DNA from: Myxococcota bacterium
Lineage (GTDB): Bacteria > Myxococcota_A > UBA9160 > UBA4427
NCBI GenBank assembly: GCA_039187915.1
Contig: JBCCZJ010000001.1
Coordinates: 1-46,384, forward strand
DNA length: 46,384 nt
Direction of reading: 5' to 3'
Shown: in pieces, positions 7,409-16,696 of the stretch
Layout of the letters: each line of letters opens with the position of its first letter
Position numbering within the stretch: the first letter of the stretch is position 1
Notes under the pieces: generated by a model
What the model was told of the DNA's origin: nothing
Database searches by the model: none
The model's input: only the letters and a program-made list of their open reading frames with translations
Position numbers and translations under genes: made by a program

Positions 7409-7843
7409 CTAATCGTTCTCCCGGCACGCGGCGCAGTGGCCGTAGAGTTCGTGCCGGTGGCGAAGGACTTCGAAGCCGTACTCGACGGCGACTTCGTTCT
7501 GGCGATCTTCGATCTCTTCGCACTCGAATTCCTGGATCTTCCCGCACTTGATGCAGACCAGGTGATCGTGGTGTTCGTGCTCGATCTCGTAGCGCGTGAT
7601 GCCGTCGTCGAAGTGGCGCTCCGTCGCGAGGCCCGCCTCCACGAGCAGCTTCATCGTGCGGTACACCGTCGTGTACCCGATGTTCGCGTGATCCCGCCGA
7701 ACCGCCTGGTAGAGATCCTCGCTCGTCACGTGACGATTGGCCTCGAGGAACGTCTGCAGGATCAGCTCTCGCTGCTTCGTCTGCTTGAGGTGGTTCTTCT
7801 CGAGGTAGGCGGCGAGCGTCTCGAGTTCGACTTCGTGGGCCAT
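7409..7843 (-). CDS. fur: Fur family transcriptional regulator
   Basis: Winged-helix N-domain (KQTKQRELILQTF...HVTSEDLYQ), HEHHDHLVCIKCGK and CxxC (HCAACRE) metal sites. This is a typical 144-aa Fur/Zur/PerR architecture. Confidence 0.9.
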   Translation of the reverse strand: MAHEVELETLAAYLEKNHLKQTKQRELILQTFLEANRHVTSEDLYQAVRRDHANIGYTTVYRTMKLLVEAGLATERHFDDGITRYEIEHEHHDHLVCIKCGKIQEFECEEIEDRQNEVAVEYGFEVLRHRHELYGHCAACREND

Positions 7844-7851
7844 GCCGGGAG

Positions 7852-7879
7852 AATATCACGCTCCAAGCGACTTTCTCGA
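7852..7879 (-). promoter_or_regulatory. Candidate fur promoter (TCGAGA-16 nt-GATATT) giving a leaderless or near-leaderless mRNA
   Basis: Minus strand: TCGAGA (7879-7874) and GATATT (7857-7852), only 8 nt before the fur ATG. There is no Shine-Dalgarno within 15 nt of the ATG. Confidence 0.3.
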
Positions 7880-7926
7880 CCGTGCCAGCGCCCCTACAGG
7901 ATCGGGTGCCCGCGCGAACAGGACGC

Positions 7927-8382
7927 TCAGTCCAGCAGCGCCTCGGCGCGAGACGCCAGATCGTCGTCGAAATCCTCGGAGAGCAGGCGAATCTGCCGTC
8001 TGAGCCCCCCATGGAGCGCGAAGCCGCCCTCCCCTTTCTGGCGGAGGAGCTCGTCCAGGACCGCGATGGAGAGCGCCTTGTCCCCGGCATCGAGAAAGAT
8101 CGAAATCAGCTCGAACGCCCGGGGCACGCCCACCGCGTCGACGTAGGTCCGACAAGCGGAGGAGAGCTCCGGCGACCCGTGCGCCGCGCGAACGGCCTCC
8201 GCCACGACCTCGCCCTCTCGACCCCCCTGCTCGTCCGAGAAGAGCGCGTCCGCTGCGGCAAGCGCCGCCTTCGAGGCCTTGGCCTCCTCGGTGCGGCGCC
8301 GGCCGGACGACGGGCGCTCCCCCTCCCGACGCAGCCGGTCGCGCTCGGCGTAGGTCAGCTTGCGTCCGTCGCCTTCAGTCAT
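7927..8382 (-). CDS. Hypothetical protein (151 aa)
   Basis: GC3-biased ORF. GGAG lies 8 nt upstream of the ATG at 8382. An 8-nt overlap (ATGACTGA) with the upstream TPR gene suggests co-translation. No recognisable motif. Confidence 0.6.
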   Translation of the reverse strand: MTEGDGRKLTYAERDRLRREGERPSSGRRRTEEAKASKAALAAADALFSDEQGGREGEVVAEAVRAAHGSPELSSACRTYVDAVGVPRAFELISIFLDAGDKALSIAVLDELLRQKGEGGFALHGGLRRQIRLLSEDFDDDLASRAEALLD

Positions 8383-8779
8383 CGCGCTGCTCCAGGGTCC
8401 GCCCCGCCTCGTTCGCTTCGAGCCGCGCCAGGTTCGTGCGGGCCGCCTCGTTGTCGCAGTCGAGGTCGAGCGCGATCTCGAAGGCTTCGCGCGCGCGCTC
8501 CGGATCGCCTGCGGACCAGTAGGCGAGCCCGAGATGGTTGCGGATCTCGCTCGCTCCGGGCACGAGGTCCGCCGCGGCCTCGAGCTGTGCGATCGCGGCG
8601 GTCGCGTCGCCCCGGTCGAGCGCTTCGGTCCCGCTCACGTAGAGCCGCCCGCCGCGGATCGCGCGGACCGGCTGGCTCTCGCAGGCGAGCCCGCTCATGT
8701 TGACCAGCAGCAGCGCCGCGAGGAATAAAGCACGGATCGGACGTCGCTTGGCGCTCGCTGCGTACGACTCCTCGTCCAC
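8375..8779 (-). CDS. TPR-repeat (lipo)protein
   Basis: GTG at 8779 is preceded by GGGGAGG at a 6-nt spacing. Signal peptide KRRPIRALFLAALLLVNMSGLAC. TPR-like repeats (AIAQLEAAADLVPGASEIRNHLGLAYWSAGDPERAREAFEIALDLDCDNEAARTNLARL). Confidence 0.65.
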   Translation of the reverse strand: MDEESYAASAKRRPIRALFLAALLLVNMSGLACESQPVRAIRGGRLYVSGTEALDRGDATAAIAQLEAAADLVPGASEIRNHLGLAYWSAGDPERAREAFEIALDLDCDNEAARTNLARLEANEAGRTLEQRDD

Positions 8780-8984
8780 GTCCGACCTCCCCGGCGGCGG
8801 TCGCTCCGCCCCTTCCGTGAAGAATAGCCGAATCACGTTCCAAGCAGGCGCCGAACACTCCTCTCGACCGCGGCCTCCCATTCGATACGAGGGCCCGATT
8901 CAGAATCGGCTCGGAGCATCCGATGGGAGAACCAGCCGCGACGTGTATGCTTTCGAAACCAGAACGCGGAGGGCAGTTGATTCG

Positions 8985-9992
8985 ATGAAAATCCTGGTTA
9001 CCGGTACGGCAGGGTTCATCGGGGCCGCGGTCGTCCTGCGTCTTCTCGCACGAGGCGACGAAGTCGTCGGCATCGACAGTGTCAACGACTACTACGACCG
9101 GTCGCTAAAGCGCGCACGACTGGCTCGCTTTCAGGGCCACGACGCCTACGCGCATCACGAATTCGACCTCGCGGAAACGGCACGAACGGCTGAACTCTTC
9201 GACGAAGCCCGCCCAGACCGTGTGATCCATCTCGCCGCCCAGGCGGGCGTCCGCTACTCGATCGACCACCCGCTCGCCTACGCCGACGCAAATCTGACCG
9301 GATTCCTCAATGTGCTGGAAGGCTGTCGCGCGATCGAGGCGGGTCATCTGACTTTCGCCTCGAGCAGTTCAGTCTACGGTGGAAACACGAAGACCCCGTT
9401 CTCCGAAGCCGACGCCGTCGACCATCCGGTGAGTCTCTACGCGGCGACGAAGAAGGCGAACGAGGCGATGGCCCACGCATACGCCCACCTCTACGCGCTC
9501 CCCACGACGGGCCTGCGCTTCTTCACGGTCTATGGCCCCTGGGGACGACCGGATATGTCCCCGTTCCTTTTCGTGAAGAAGGTCCTGGAGGGCGAACCGA
9601 TCGACGTCTTCAACTATGGCGACCACCAACGGGACTTCACCTACGTCGACGACATCGTCGAGGGCGTGATCCGCGTGAACGACCGACCCGCATCGCCTTG
9701 TCGCACCTACGACGCGGCGCAGCCAGAAGCCGACCGGAGCAGCGCTCCCTGGCGTCTCTTCAACATCGGATGCGAGCGTCCCGTCGAGCTCCTCGACTAC
9801 ATCCGTGTGATCGAGGAATGCACCGGCCGGGAAGCGATCAAGAACATGATGCCGATGCAGCCCGGTGACGTGAAAGCCACCTACGCCGACGTGAGCGCGC
9901 TCGCCGCTGCCGTGGACTACCGACCCCGAGTCTCCCTGGAAGAGGGGATGGCGAAATTCGTCGCGTGGTATCGCGACTACTACGGCGTCTGA
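8985..9992 (+). CDS. NAD-dependent epimerase, UDP-glucuronate 4-epimerase-like (CapI/LpsL/WbnF type)
   Basis: MKILVTGTAGFIGAAV Rossmann fold. Also VIHLAAQAGVRYS, SSSSVYG, catalytic YAATKKANE, and GLRFFTVYGPWGRPDM, which is characteristic of this epimerase subfamily. GGAGGG lies upstream of the ATG at 8985. Confidence 0.8.
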   Translation: MKILVTGTAGFIGAAVVLRLLARGDEVVGIDSVNDYYDRSLKRARLARFQGHDAYAHHEFDLAETARTAELFDEARPDRVIHLAAQAGVRYSIDHPLAYADANLTGFLNVLEGCRAIEAGHLTFASSSSVYGGNTKTPFSEADAVDHPVSLYAATKKANEAMAHAYAHLYALPTTGLRFFTVYGPWGRPDMSPFLFVKKVLEGEPIDVFNYGDHQRDFTYVDDIVEGVIRVNDRPASPCRTYDAAQPEADRSSAPWRLFNIGCERPVELLDYIRVIEECTGREAIKNMMPMQPGDVKATYADVSALAAAVDYRPRVSLEEGMAKFVAWYRDYYGV

Positions 9993-10049
9993 TCTCCGCT
10001 CCGACGGGCAGCGACGCAACGCGACGCGTCCGAGGCGGATCCATCGCGG

Positions 10050-11168
10050 TCACTCGCGCGGCGCAGGCGCGATTGCCGACAGTCCCTCGCGCGAAGCCTC
10101 GAAGACGCCTCGCTCGGTCACGAGCGCTGTCACGAAGCGGGATGGCGTGACGTCGAAGGCCGGATTGCCGGCCGGGCTCTCGGAGGCGAAGAGCTCGATA
10201 CGAGCGATCTCTCCAGCGTCGGTCAGGCCAGTCATCGAACGAACCTCGTCCGAGGGTCGCTCCTCGATCGGAATCGACGCGAGGCCGTCGTCGAGTGACC
10301 AGTCGATGGTCGACGTCGGGAGCGCGACGTAGAAGGGCACACCATTGTCTCGGGCTGCCAGCGCCTTAAGATAAGTCCCGATCTTGTTGCAGACGTCCCC
10401 TCTCGCTGTCGTCCGGTCACTTCCGACGAACACCGCGTCGACACGACCGCGCTGCATCAGGTGCCCACCGGCGTTATCGACGACGACCGTGTGCGGGATT
10501 CCCATTTCGCGAAGCTCGAAGGCCGTCAGGCTCGCTCCTTGATTGCGCGGTCGCGTCTCGTCGACCCAAACGTGGACCGGCATGCCCGCTTGGTGAGCCT
10601 TGTAAATCGGCGAGAGCGCTGTGCCCCAATCGACCGTCGCGAGCCAACCAGCATTGCAGTGGGTCAGGATCTCTATCGGCGCCTCCGGCGTCGGAGGCGA
10701 TCCGCGACGTGCGCGTTCATCGGCGATGCCTTCGATCAGCGATCGACCCGACGTCCCGATCGACTCGCAGGACGCGACGTCTTCGTCCGCGATACGCGTC
10801 GCCTCCTCGAGTGCGACCGCGGCTCGCTCGCTCGACGCGACCGCCCGGACGCGATCCGCGATGCGATCGATCGCCCACGCGAGGTTGACCGCGGTCGGAC
10901 GGGTCGCACGCAGACGATCCGCGGCCGCGGCGAGGGCCCCATCGCTCGCGTCTCTCTCGAGCGCCAACGCCAGGCCGTGCGCCGCCGTCGCCCCGATCAA
11001 GGGCGCCCCACGGACCTGCATCGTCTCGATCGCGACCGCGGCCGAATCGAGATCGAGCAGCGTCGCGATCTCGAAGCGATGCGGGAGAAGGGTCTGGTCG
11101 ATGATGCGGAGCGGCTCGTCACGGCCGAGACGCCAGATCGAGCGATAGTGTCGACCGCCGACCTGCAC
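10050..11168 (-). CDS. mtnA: S-methyl-5-thioribose-1-phosphate isomerase
   Basis: IIDQTLLPHRFEIATL, MQVRGAPLIGATAAHG, THCNAGWLATVDWGTALSPIY, VWVDETRPRNQGA, VGSDRTTARGDVCNKIGTY: the eIF-2B/MtnA family throughout. GTG start at 11168. Confidence 0.9.
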   Translation of the reverse strand: MQVGGRHYRSIWRLGRDEPLRIIDQTLLPHRFEIATLLDLDSAAVAIETMQVRGAPLIGATAAHGLALALERDASDGALAAAADRLRATRPTAVNLAWAIDRIADRVRAVASSERAAVALEEATRIADEDVASCESIGTSGRSLIEGIADERARRGSPPTPEAPIEILTHCNAGWLATVDWGTALSPIYKAHQAGMPVHVWVDETRPRNQGASLTAFELREMGIPHTVVVDNAGGHLMQRGRVDAVFVGSDRTTARGDVCNKIGTYLKALAARDNGVPFYVALPTSTIDWSLDDGLASIPIEERPSDEVRSMTGLTDAGEIARIELFASESPAGNPAFDVTPSRFVTALVTERGVFEASREGLSAIAPAPRE

Positions 11169-11171
11169 GTT

Positions 11172-11711
11172 TCAGTCGCCGTCGAAGTCACAGAGCGTGC
11201 GAACAGCGCAGCCGAGATCGGTGAGTCGCTTCATTCCGCCAAGATCGGGCAGGCCGATCACGAACGCGCACTCAACGATCTCCGCTTCGACCGCGTTCAG
11301 CAGCTCGATCGCCGCCTGCGCCGTTCCGCCCGTGGCGATCAGGTCGTCCACGAGCAGGACCCGATGGCCGGCCCGCACGGCGTCGCGATGCATCTCGATG
11401 CGATCCCTGCCGTACTCGAGTTCGAAGTCGCGGCCGATCGTCTCGCCAGGTAGCTTGCCGGGCTTGCGAAGCGGAACGAAGCCCACGGCGAGTCGACAAG
11501 CCACCGCCGTACCAAAAATGAAGCCGCGCGCCTCGATGCCGACGACGGCGTCGATTCCGGGCCCTGCCTCGAACGGCGCGGCGAGCGCTTCGACGGCTTG
11601 CGCGAGCCCCTTCCCGTCCGCTAGGAGAGTGGTGATATCTCGGAACTGGATACCCGGTTTGGGATGATCGGGGATCGTCCGGATCAGCTTGCGCAGCGCA
11701 TCGTCGGTCAC
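11172..11711 (-). CDS. apt: Adenine phosphoribosyltransferase
   Basis: IRTIPDHPKPGIQFRDITTLL and the PRPP loop VLLVDDLIATGGTAQAA. I prefer the GTG at 11711 (GAGGAA upstream; gives MTDDALRKLIR...) over the track start at 11783, which overlaps the upstream GT gene. Confidence 0.88.
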   Translation of the reverse strand: MTDDALRKLIRTIPDHPKPGIQFRDITTLLADGKGLAQAVEALAAPFEAGPGIDAVVGIEARGFIFGTAVACRLAVGFVPLRKPGKLPGETIGRDFELEYGRDRIEMHRDAVRAGHRVLLVDDLIATGGTAQAAIELLNAVEAEIVECAFVIGLPDLGGMKRLTDLGCAVRTLCDFDGD

Positions 11712-11730
11712 TTCGTTCCTCGCGGGAAGG

Positions 11731-12894
11731 TCATCGAGATTCAAGCACGCGCTCGAAGAGTAGTGCGAACTCCGAGACCGCACGGTCCAGCGAGAAATCG
11801 AGGGCGCGACGCCTCGAGCGCTTCGAGAGATCGACTCGGAGCGAAGCGTTCCTCAGGATCTCCGAGATCGCCTCCGACATCTCCGCGACGGCGTCGACCG
11901 CGACGAGTCGGCCCACGCGGCCGTCCTCAAGAATCTCGTCCGGCCCTGTCGGGCATCGCGTCGCGATCGACGGAAGACCGGCTGCGATCGCTTCGAGAAG
12001 CGCGTTCGGTAGCCCCTCCCAGCGGGAAGGCAAAACGTATACGTCACCGTCTTCGATCGCCGCGATCGGATCGCTCAAGAAGCCCGGGAAGTCGCAGCGT
12101 TCGAAGACTTCGAGCTCGCGCGCGAGTGAGAAGAGCCGTTCTCGCTCGGGGCCGTCGCCCACGATCCGGAGGCGCGCCTGCGGGCAGCGCTCCAGGACGA
12201 GCGCGAAGGCGCGGAGCAACGTGTCGAAGCCCTTCTTCTGATCCATGCGGCCGTGCGTCACGATCACCGGAGACGATTCGTCGATCCAGCTCGTCCGGTC
12301 GCGCTCCGGAAAGCGCGCCTGGATGCCAAGAGCGTCGAGCGGGTTGTAGATGGTAGAAACCGGCGGCCCCTCGCCGCCTACGAAGGCGCGAACTGTCGCC
12401 TCGTTCGCCCTCGCGTTACAGACTACCCGACTGCCCCGGCGATAGGCGAAGCGCGCAGCGCGGCGCAGCCCGACAAGCGCCATCCGTTGACGGAGTCCAT
12501 CGTTCGGCTGGGGCGAGAGCATATCCTCGATACTCGATCGATCGTTCAACACGGACGGGAGACGTGACGATGCCGGCAACGCCGAGTTCGCCATCATCGC
12601 CACGATGTTCGCTCGGAGCTGGAAGGGGAAGAGGATGGCCGGACGCGGCGCCGTCTCGATCACCTCGCGAAAACGCCGGAGCATCCCCAGTCCGGGCCGC
12701 ACCCCGTCGGGCCGCAGAACGATCGGATCGAAATCATCGTCCGGCTCCCTAGGCTGGACGTGCGTCGCCACGATCAAGTTCATGCCGACTTGATCGCGCA
12801 GTCCCGTCACGATAGCGCGAAACGCCTTCTCGGCTCCGCCCGCGCGGTCGGTCGTGCCGACTAGACCGATCAGCGTGGTGCGAGAGGGATCCAA
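11731..12894 (-). CDS. Glycosyltransferase family 1 (GT4-type)
   Basis: N-terminal LIGLVGTTDRAGGAEKAF. C-terminal GT1 signature VLPSRWEGLPNALLEAIAAGLPSIAT. The proposed TTG start at 12894 has GGAG 5 nt upstream. The remainder of the 626-aa track ORF overlaps the MBOAT gene region and is not GT-like. Confidence 0.8.
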   Translation of the reverse strand: MDPSRTTLIGLVGTTDRAGGAEKAFRAIVTGLRDQVGMNLIVATHVQPREPDDDFDPIVLRPDGVRPGLGMLRRFREVIETAPRPAILFPFQLRANIVAMMANSALPASSRLPSVLNDRSSIEDMLSPQPNDGLRQRMALVGLRRAARFAYRRGSRVVCNARANEATVRAFVGGEGPPVSTIYNPLDALGIQARFPERDRTSWIDESSPVIVTHGRMDQKKGFDTLLRAFALVLERCPQARLRIVGDGPERERLFSLARELEVFERCDFPGFLSDPIAAIEDGDVYVLPSRWEGLPNALLEAIAAGLPSIATRCPTGPDEILEDGRVGRLVAVDAVAEMSEAISEILRNASLRVDLSKRSRRRALDFSLDRAVSEFALLFERVLESR

Positions 12895-13016
12895 GGCAGC
12901 TCCGGTTGAAAGGGTCGCGCATCGATATGTCTCGAGCGAGACCGATTGTGTCCCAACGGACGCGGAGCGTCCAGGAAATACGTCCGTCGAGCGCGAAGGA
13001 CCGGCGCACGCTCTCT

Positions 13017-14444
13017 TCAGAACTGGAAGTAGATGAACTGCGCACCACCATCCACACCCATCAATGCGATCGCGACGATCATCGCGTACCAGCATGCCCA
13101 ACGAATCGCGACCGGGCGATCCGCCAACCAAGCGCGCGCCGAGCCCGCCCGCTCCTGGATCACGTGGACCAAGAGCATAAGCGGGATCGCCAGCAGGGCG
13201 TGCGCCAGAGTCGTCGTATCCCTGAAGGGTGCCGACAAGGGCCCGGAAAGAATTCCCGACAGAATCATCCACGCGGTCTCTAGCGTGTCGGCCCGGAAGA
13301 AGATCCAGCCGAGACAGGCAAGGTGGAAGGTCGCGATCATCCGCCACGCGTCGCGGACGAAGGTCGGAACAGAGAACCTTGCGTAGATCTGATCCCGCGC
13401 GGGCAGGGTGGCGCGAGAGAGGCCCAGCAAGACACCGTGAAGAGCGCCCCAGATCACGAAGTTCCAGCTCGCCCCGTGCCAGAGCCCACCCAGCACCATG
13501 GTGATCAGCAGATTCCGGTACGTCTTGGACAGGCCGTATCGATTGCCACCTAGCGTGATATAGAGGTAATCGCGGAGCCAAGTCGAGAGCGAAATGTGCC
13601 AGCGACGCCAAAACTCCGTCATGCTCTTCGAGAAGTACGGACGCTCGAAGTTCTTCATCAGGTCGTATCCGAGGACCTTCGCCGAGCCGATGGCGATGTC
13701 GGAATAGCCGGAGAAGTCGCAGTAGATCTGCACCGCGAAAAGATAGGTGGCGAGCAGATAGGACCCGGGATTGTGTTGGCCTACGTTCCCGTAGACCGCA
13801 TCGACATAGATGGCGACACGATCGGCGATGACGACCTTCTTGAACAGGCCCCAGAGCATGAGCTGGACACCGGACTCGATCCGCTCCCAGTCGAAGGAAG
13901 CCTCCTCACGAAGCTGGGGCAGAAGGTTGCGGGCCCGCTCGATCGGACCAGCGACGAGCTGGGGAAAGAAGGCGACGTAGAGCGCGAATCGACCGAGGTG
14001 GGGCTCGGGCCGGAGGACCCCGCGATAGATGTCGATCGTGTAGCTGAGGGTCTGGAACGTATAGAACGAGATCCCAACCGGGAGCAGCACGTCTATCGGC
14101 GGAATCGGTGAGTGGGTCCCGAGCGTTGTCAGCAATCGATCCAGATTCGCCTGAGCAAAGTTCCAGTACTTGAAAGTGAAGAGCAGGCCGAAATTCGCAG
14201 CGAGACTCCCGAACAGAAGGAGGCGTCTGCGCACGGGCTCGTCCACTTCTGCCATCCGCTGCCCGAGGAGGAAGTCGACCGCTGTCGAACAGAGAATCAG
14301 GAAGAGGTAGGCCGGATTCCAGGCCATGTAGAAGCCGTAGCTGGCGACGAGGAGCAACGGCCAACGGCCGCCAGTCGGCAGCAGGAAGTGGACGCTGGCC
14401 ACCAGCGTGAAGAAGATGAGGTAGTCGAGCGAGTTGAAAATCAC
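13017..14444 (-). CDS. MBOAT family O-acyltransferase (AlgI/DltB-like)
   Basis: MIFNSLDYLIFF... multi-pass membrane protein with FWRRWHISLSTWLRDYLYIxLGGNR containing the MBOAT catalytic His. GTG start at 14444 in a GTGA overlap with the upstream gene. Confidence 0.9.
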   Translation of the reverse strand: MIFNSLDYLIFFTLVASVHFLLPTGGRWPLLLVASYGFYMAWNPAYLFLILCSTAVDFLLGQRMAEVDEPVRRRLLLFGSLAANFGLLFTFKYWNFAQANLDRLLTTLGTHSPIPPIDVLLPVGISFYTFQTLSYTIDIYRGVLRPEPHLGRFALYVAFFPQLVAGPIERARNLLPQLREEASFDWERIESGVQLMLWGLFKKVVIADRVAIYVDAVYGNVGQHNPGSYLLATYLFAVQIYCDFSGYSDIAIGSAKVLGYDLMKNFERPYFSKSMTEFWRRWHISLSTWLRDYLYITLGGNRYGLSKTYRNLLITMVLGGLWHGASWNFVIWGALHGVLLGLSRATLPARDQIYARFSVPTFVRDAWRMIATFHLACLGWIFFRADTLETAWMILSGILSGPLSAPFRDTTTLAHALLAIPLMLLVHVIQERAGSARAWLADRPVAIRWACWYAMIVAIALMGVDGGAQFIYFQF

Positions 14445-15421
14445 TCGCGCGACCCGAGACGCCCGAGGTCGGGCCAGCGGACCGCCAGCTCCGAAGCGAA
14501 GAGGCGACTGAACCGACGCGCGCCTTCCTCGTTCAGATGCGAAGCGTCGCGATAGTACGCCGGGCCGAAGCGACCGGCTTCCGTAGACTCGTCGAGCGGG
14601 AGCCAGACGGCCCCGCCCCGTTCGACGACCAGCCTCGCCTCGGTGATCGCCCGACGCTCGGCCTCGGGAATCCCGTCGAAGTCGCGAAGACGCGGGCCGA
14701 GGGTCACGGCGACCCGGACGCCCACGGCGTCCGCCTCCGCCAAGAGTTCGACGAGCAATGCCGCCAACGTTGGATCGAGCGGATCGGCGCCGCAGACGTC
14801 GCGCGGCGGCACTACGGCGTCCGGATCGATGCGGCCCCGAAGTGGAACGAAGCCGTCACCCATGTCCGGCGTCGGAAGGACCGTGGACAGCGCGAGGCTC
14901 GGCCCCAGCGAATTGAATCGATAGAGGGACGACGTGAGTTTGATTCGCGAGCGCCAGTCGTGGCCGAGGGTCTTCCGCACCAGGTCGTCTCGTCCCGCGA
15001 GCGGCGCGAGCACGAACGCACGGTCGAACGTAGGCTTGCAGAAGTCGCCGGGGTCGAATTGGACGACGATCGCCGCGGGCGGGCGGGCGGCGCGAAGGAC
15101 GCGAGCACCGAGGAGTCGCGTGAATACGAGACCCTGCCCGTCGACACCGAAGTTGACGACCTCTACGCCGAGCCGAGGCGCGATCTCTGACGGCTCGAAG
15201 TGGTGAGTCGCACGCGAACTCCCGAGCACCACGATTCCGTCGTAGTTGCGTTCCGGCGCCTCGACTGCCAATCGCAGCGCGCGCGCCCGAGGAGTAGACG
15301 CGTCGAGCACACGCTCCAGGCCGAAGCCGAGCAGGCGATCGATCAGCACGAGCCCAAGCACGAAGACGACGAGCCCAAGCCAACGCGATCGGAGTCTGAC
15401 CCCCACCGCATCACTCATCAT
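14441..15421 (-). CDS. SGNH/DltD-like partner protein of the MBOAT acyltransferase (N-terminal membrane anchor)
   Basis: TM anchor WLGLVVFVLGLVLI. Block-I-like VVLGSSRATHHF and C-terminal block-V-like DASHLNEEGA (DxxH). It is stop/start-coupled to the MBOAT gene, the usual genetic arrangement for polysaccharide O-acylation. Confidence 0.6.
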   Translation of the reverse strand: MMSDAVGVRLRSRWLGLVVFVLGLVLIDRLLGFGLERVLDASTPRARALRLAVEAPERNYDGIVVLGSSRATHHFEPSEIAPRLGVEVVNFGVDGQGLVFTRLLGARVLRAARPPAAIVVQFDPGDFCKPTFDRAFVLAPLAGRDDLVRKTLGHDWRSRIKLTSSLYRFNSLGPSLALSTVLPTPDMGDGFVPLRGRIDPDAVVPPRDVCGADPLDPTLAALLVELLAEADAVGVRVAVTLGPRLRDFDGIPEAERRAITEARLVVERGGAVWLPLDESTEAGRFGPAYYRDASHLNEEGARRFSRLFASELAVRWPDLGRLGSRE

Positions 15422-15484
15422 CGTCCTCTCGATCGGTTCCGCCGGCCGCGGCTCACCTGGCCCACTCGAATCTCCCCTTTTCTG

Positions 15485-16564
15485 TCAGTCCACGATCTCG
15501 TGGAAGACCTCGCAGAGCCGATCGACGGAACGGGCCCATGAGTAGAGAGCCACGCGCTCGCGACCGAGCCCGATCCGACGCTCGACTTCGTCCGGTTCGT
15601 CCTGGATCCGGCGTACGGCGGCCGCGAGCTCATGCGGCGCGTCGAGTCCGAAACGCCACGCGGCGCCGTTCGCGATCTCATGGAACACGGGCAGATCAGA
15701 CACGAGCAGAGGACGTTCGAGCGCCATCGCTTCGAGCAGTGGATGGCCGAAGGTCTCGATCCGCGAAGGAAGCACGACCCCCATCGCGTGCCGATAGAAG
15801 CCCACCATTTTTCCGTAGGACACTCCGCCCAGGAATCGAACGCGCTCGAGGACGCCCGAGGCGACCGCCTGCGCGCGAAGCGACGCGACGTAGTCGGGGT
15901 CGGTCTCCGTACCGCCCGCGATCCACAGCTCGATCGTCTCGTCGATCTCCTGCATCGCCGCAACCGTCACCTCGATGTTCTTGTGTCGCTCTACGGCCGC
16001 CGGGACGAGGAGGTAGGGACGACTCCGTTCCGCTTCGTCCGCTTCGAATCGGGTGAAGATCTCGGGCGCGATGCCATGGGGCACGACCGCCGTCCGCGTG
16101 GCGTCGATTCCCAGATGGCGGGAGATCCATGCCGCCGAGGCCGCCGACGGGAAGAGCACGCGGTGCGCACGGCGCGCTCCGGCACGAGTCAGCCGTTCGA
16201 GCCACCGCAACCGAGACGTATCGTAGAACCGCCGGTCGTAGACGTTCAAATTCCGCAGCGCGACGACCGTGGGCGTGAACGCGAACGCTGGCGCGAGCTC
16301 GGCGACGCAATAGAGCAGATCGAAGGCGCGCGCCCGCCACGGCAGGACGAACTCTTCGTAGAGCACGCGCTTGAAGGTGCCCCCCGTCTCTATGGGAACG
16401 ATTCGGACACACGAAGCATCCAAACCCGCCGCGCGCTCGGCTTCGACGAGCACCGTGAAGTCCAGCCCTCGATCGTCTCGTTCGAGCTCTGCGACCAGAT
16501 TGACGAGATAGGTCCAGCCCCCGCCTGTATTCGCGGTCAGCGCGTCGATCAGGATCCGCTTCAT
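15485..16564 (-). CDS. Glycosyltransferase family 1
   Basis: MKRILIDALTANTGGGWTYL... C-terminal VLPSRIETFGHPLLEAMALERPLLVSD (E-x7-E-type GT1 motif). Confidence 0.8.
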   Translation of the reverse strand: MKRILIDALTANTGGGWTYLVNLVAELERDDRGLDFTVLVEAERAAGLDASCVRIVPIETGGTFKRVLYEEFVLPWRARAFDLLYCVAELAPAFAFTPTVVALRNLNVYDRRFYDTSRLRWLERLTRAGARRAHRVLFPSAASAAWISRHLGIDATRTAVVPHGIAPEIFTRFEADEAERSRPYLLVPAAVERHKNIEVTVAAMQEIDETIELWIAGGTETDPDYVASLRAQAVASGVLERVRFLGGVSYGKMVGFYRHAMGVVLPSRIETFGHPLLEAMALERPLLVSDLPVFHEIANGAAWRFGLDAPHELAAAVRRIQDEPDEVERRIGLGRERVALYSWARSVDRLCEVFHEIVD

Positions 16565-16696
16565 CGGCCCCGGTATAGCAACTCGAATCCACGACTGTCT
16601 CAGGAAAGGGTCAGGAGGGTCGATGGGCTATACACGGCGCGACTTTCGACTGAACCCTCAACGACGGTGGCCGACATCGGGGCTTGGAGGATTCGG

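Noticed and set aside
7848-7866. Fur box upstream of fur
   Set aside because: Only TGATATTCTC resembles half of the GATAATGATAATCATTATC consensus. This is too weak to call without a position weight matrix scan or experimental data.
15632-16696. 355-codon N-terminal part of the 880-aa ORF containing the flippase
   Set aside because: It is antisense to the GT1 gene at 15485-16564 and is hydrophilic and Arg/Asp-rich, unlike a MOP flippase. A good GGAGG-ATG start exists at 16697.
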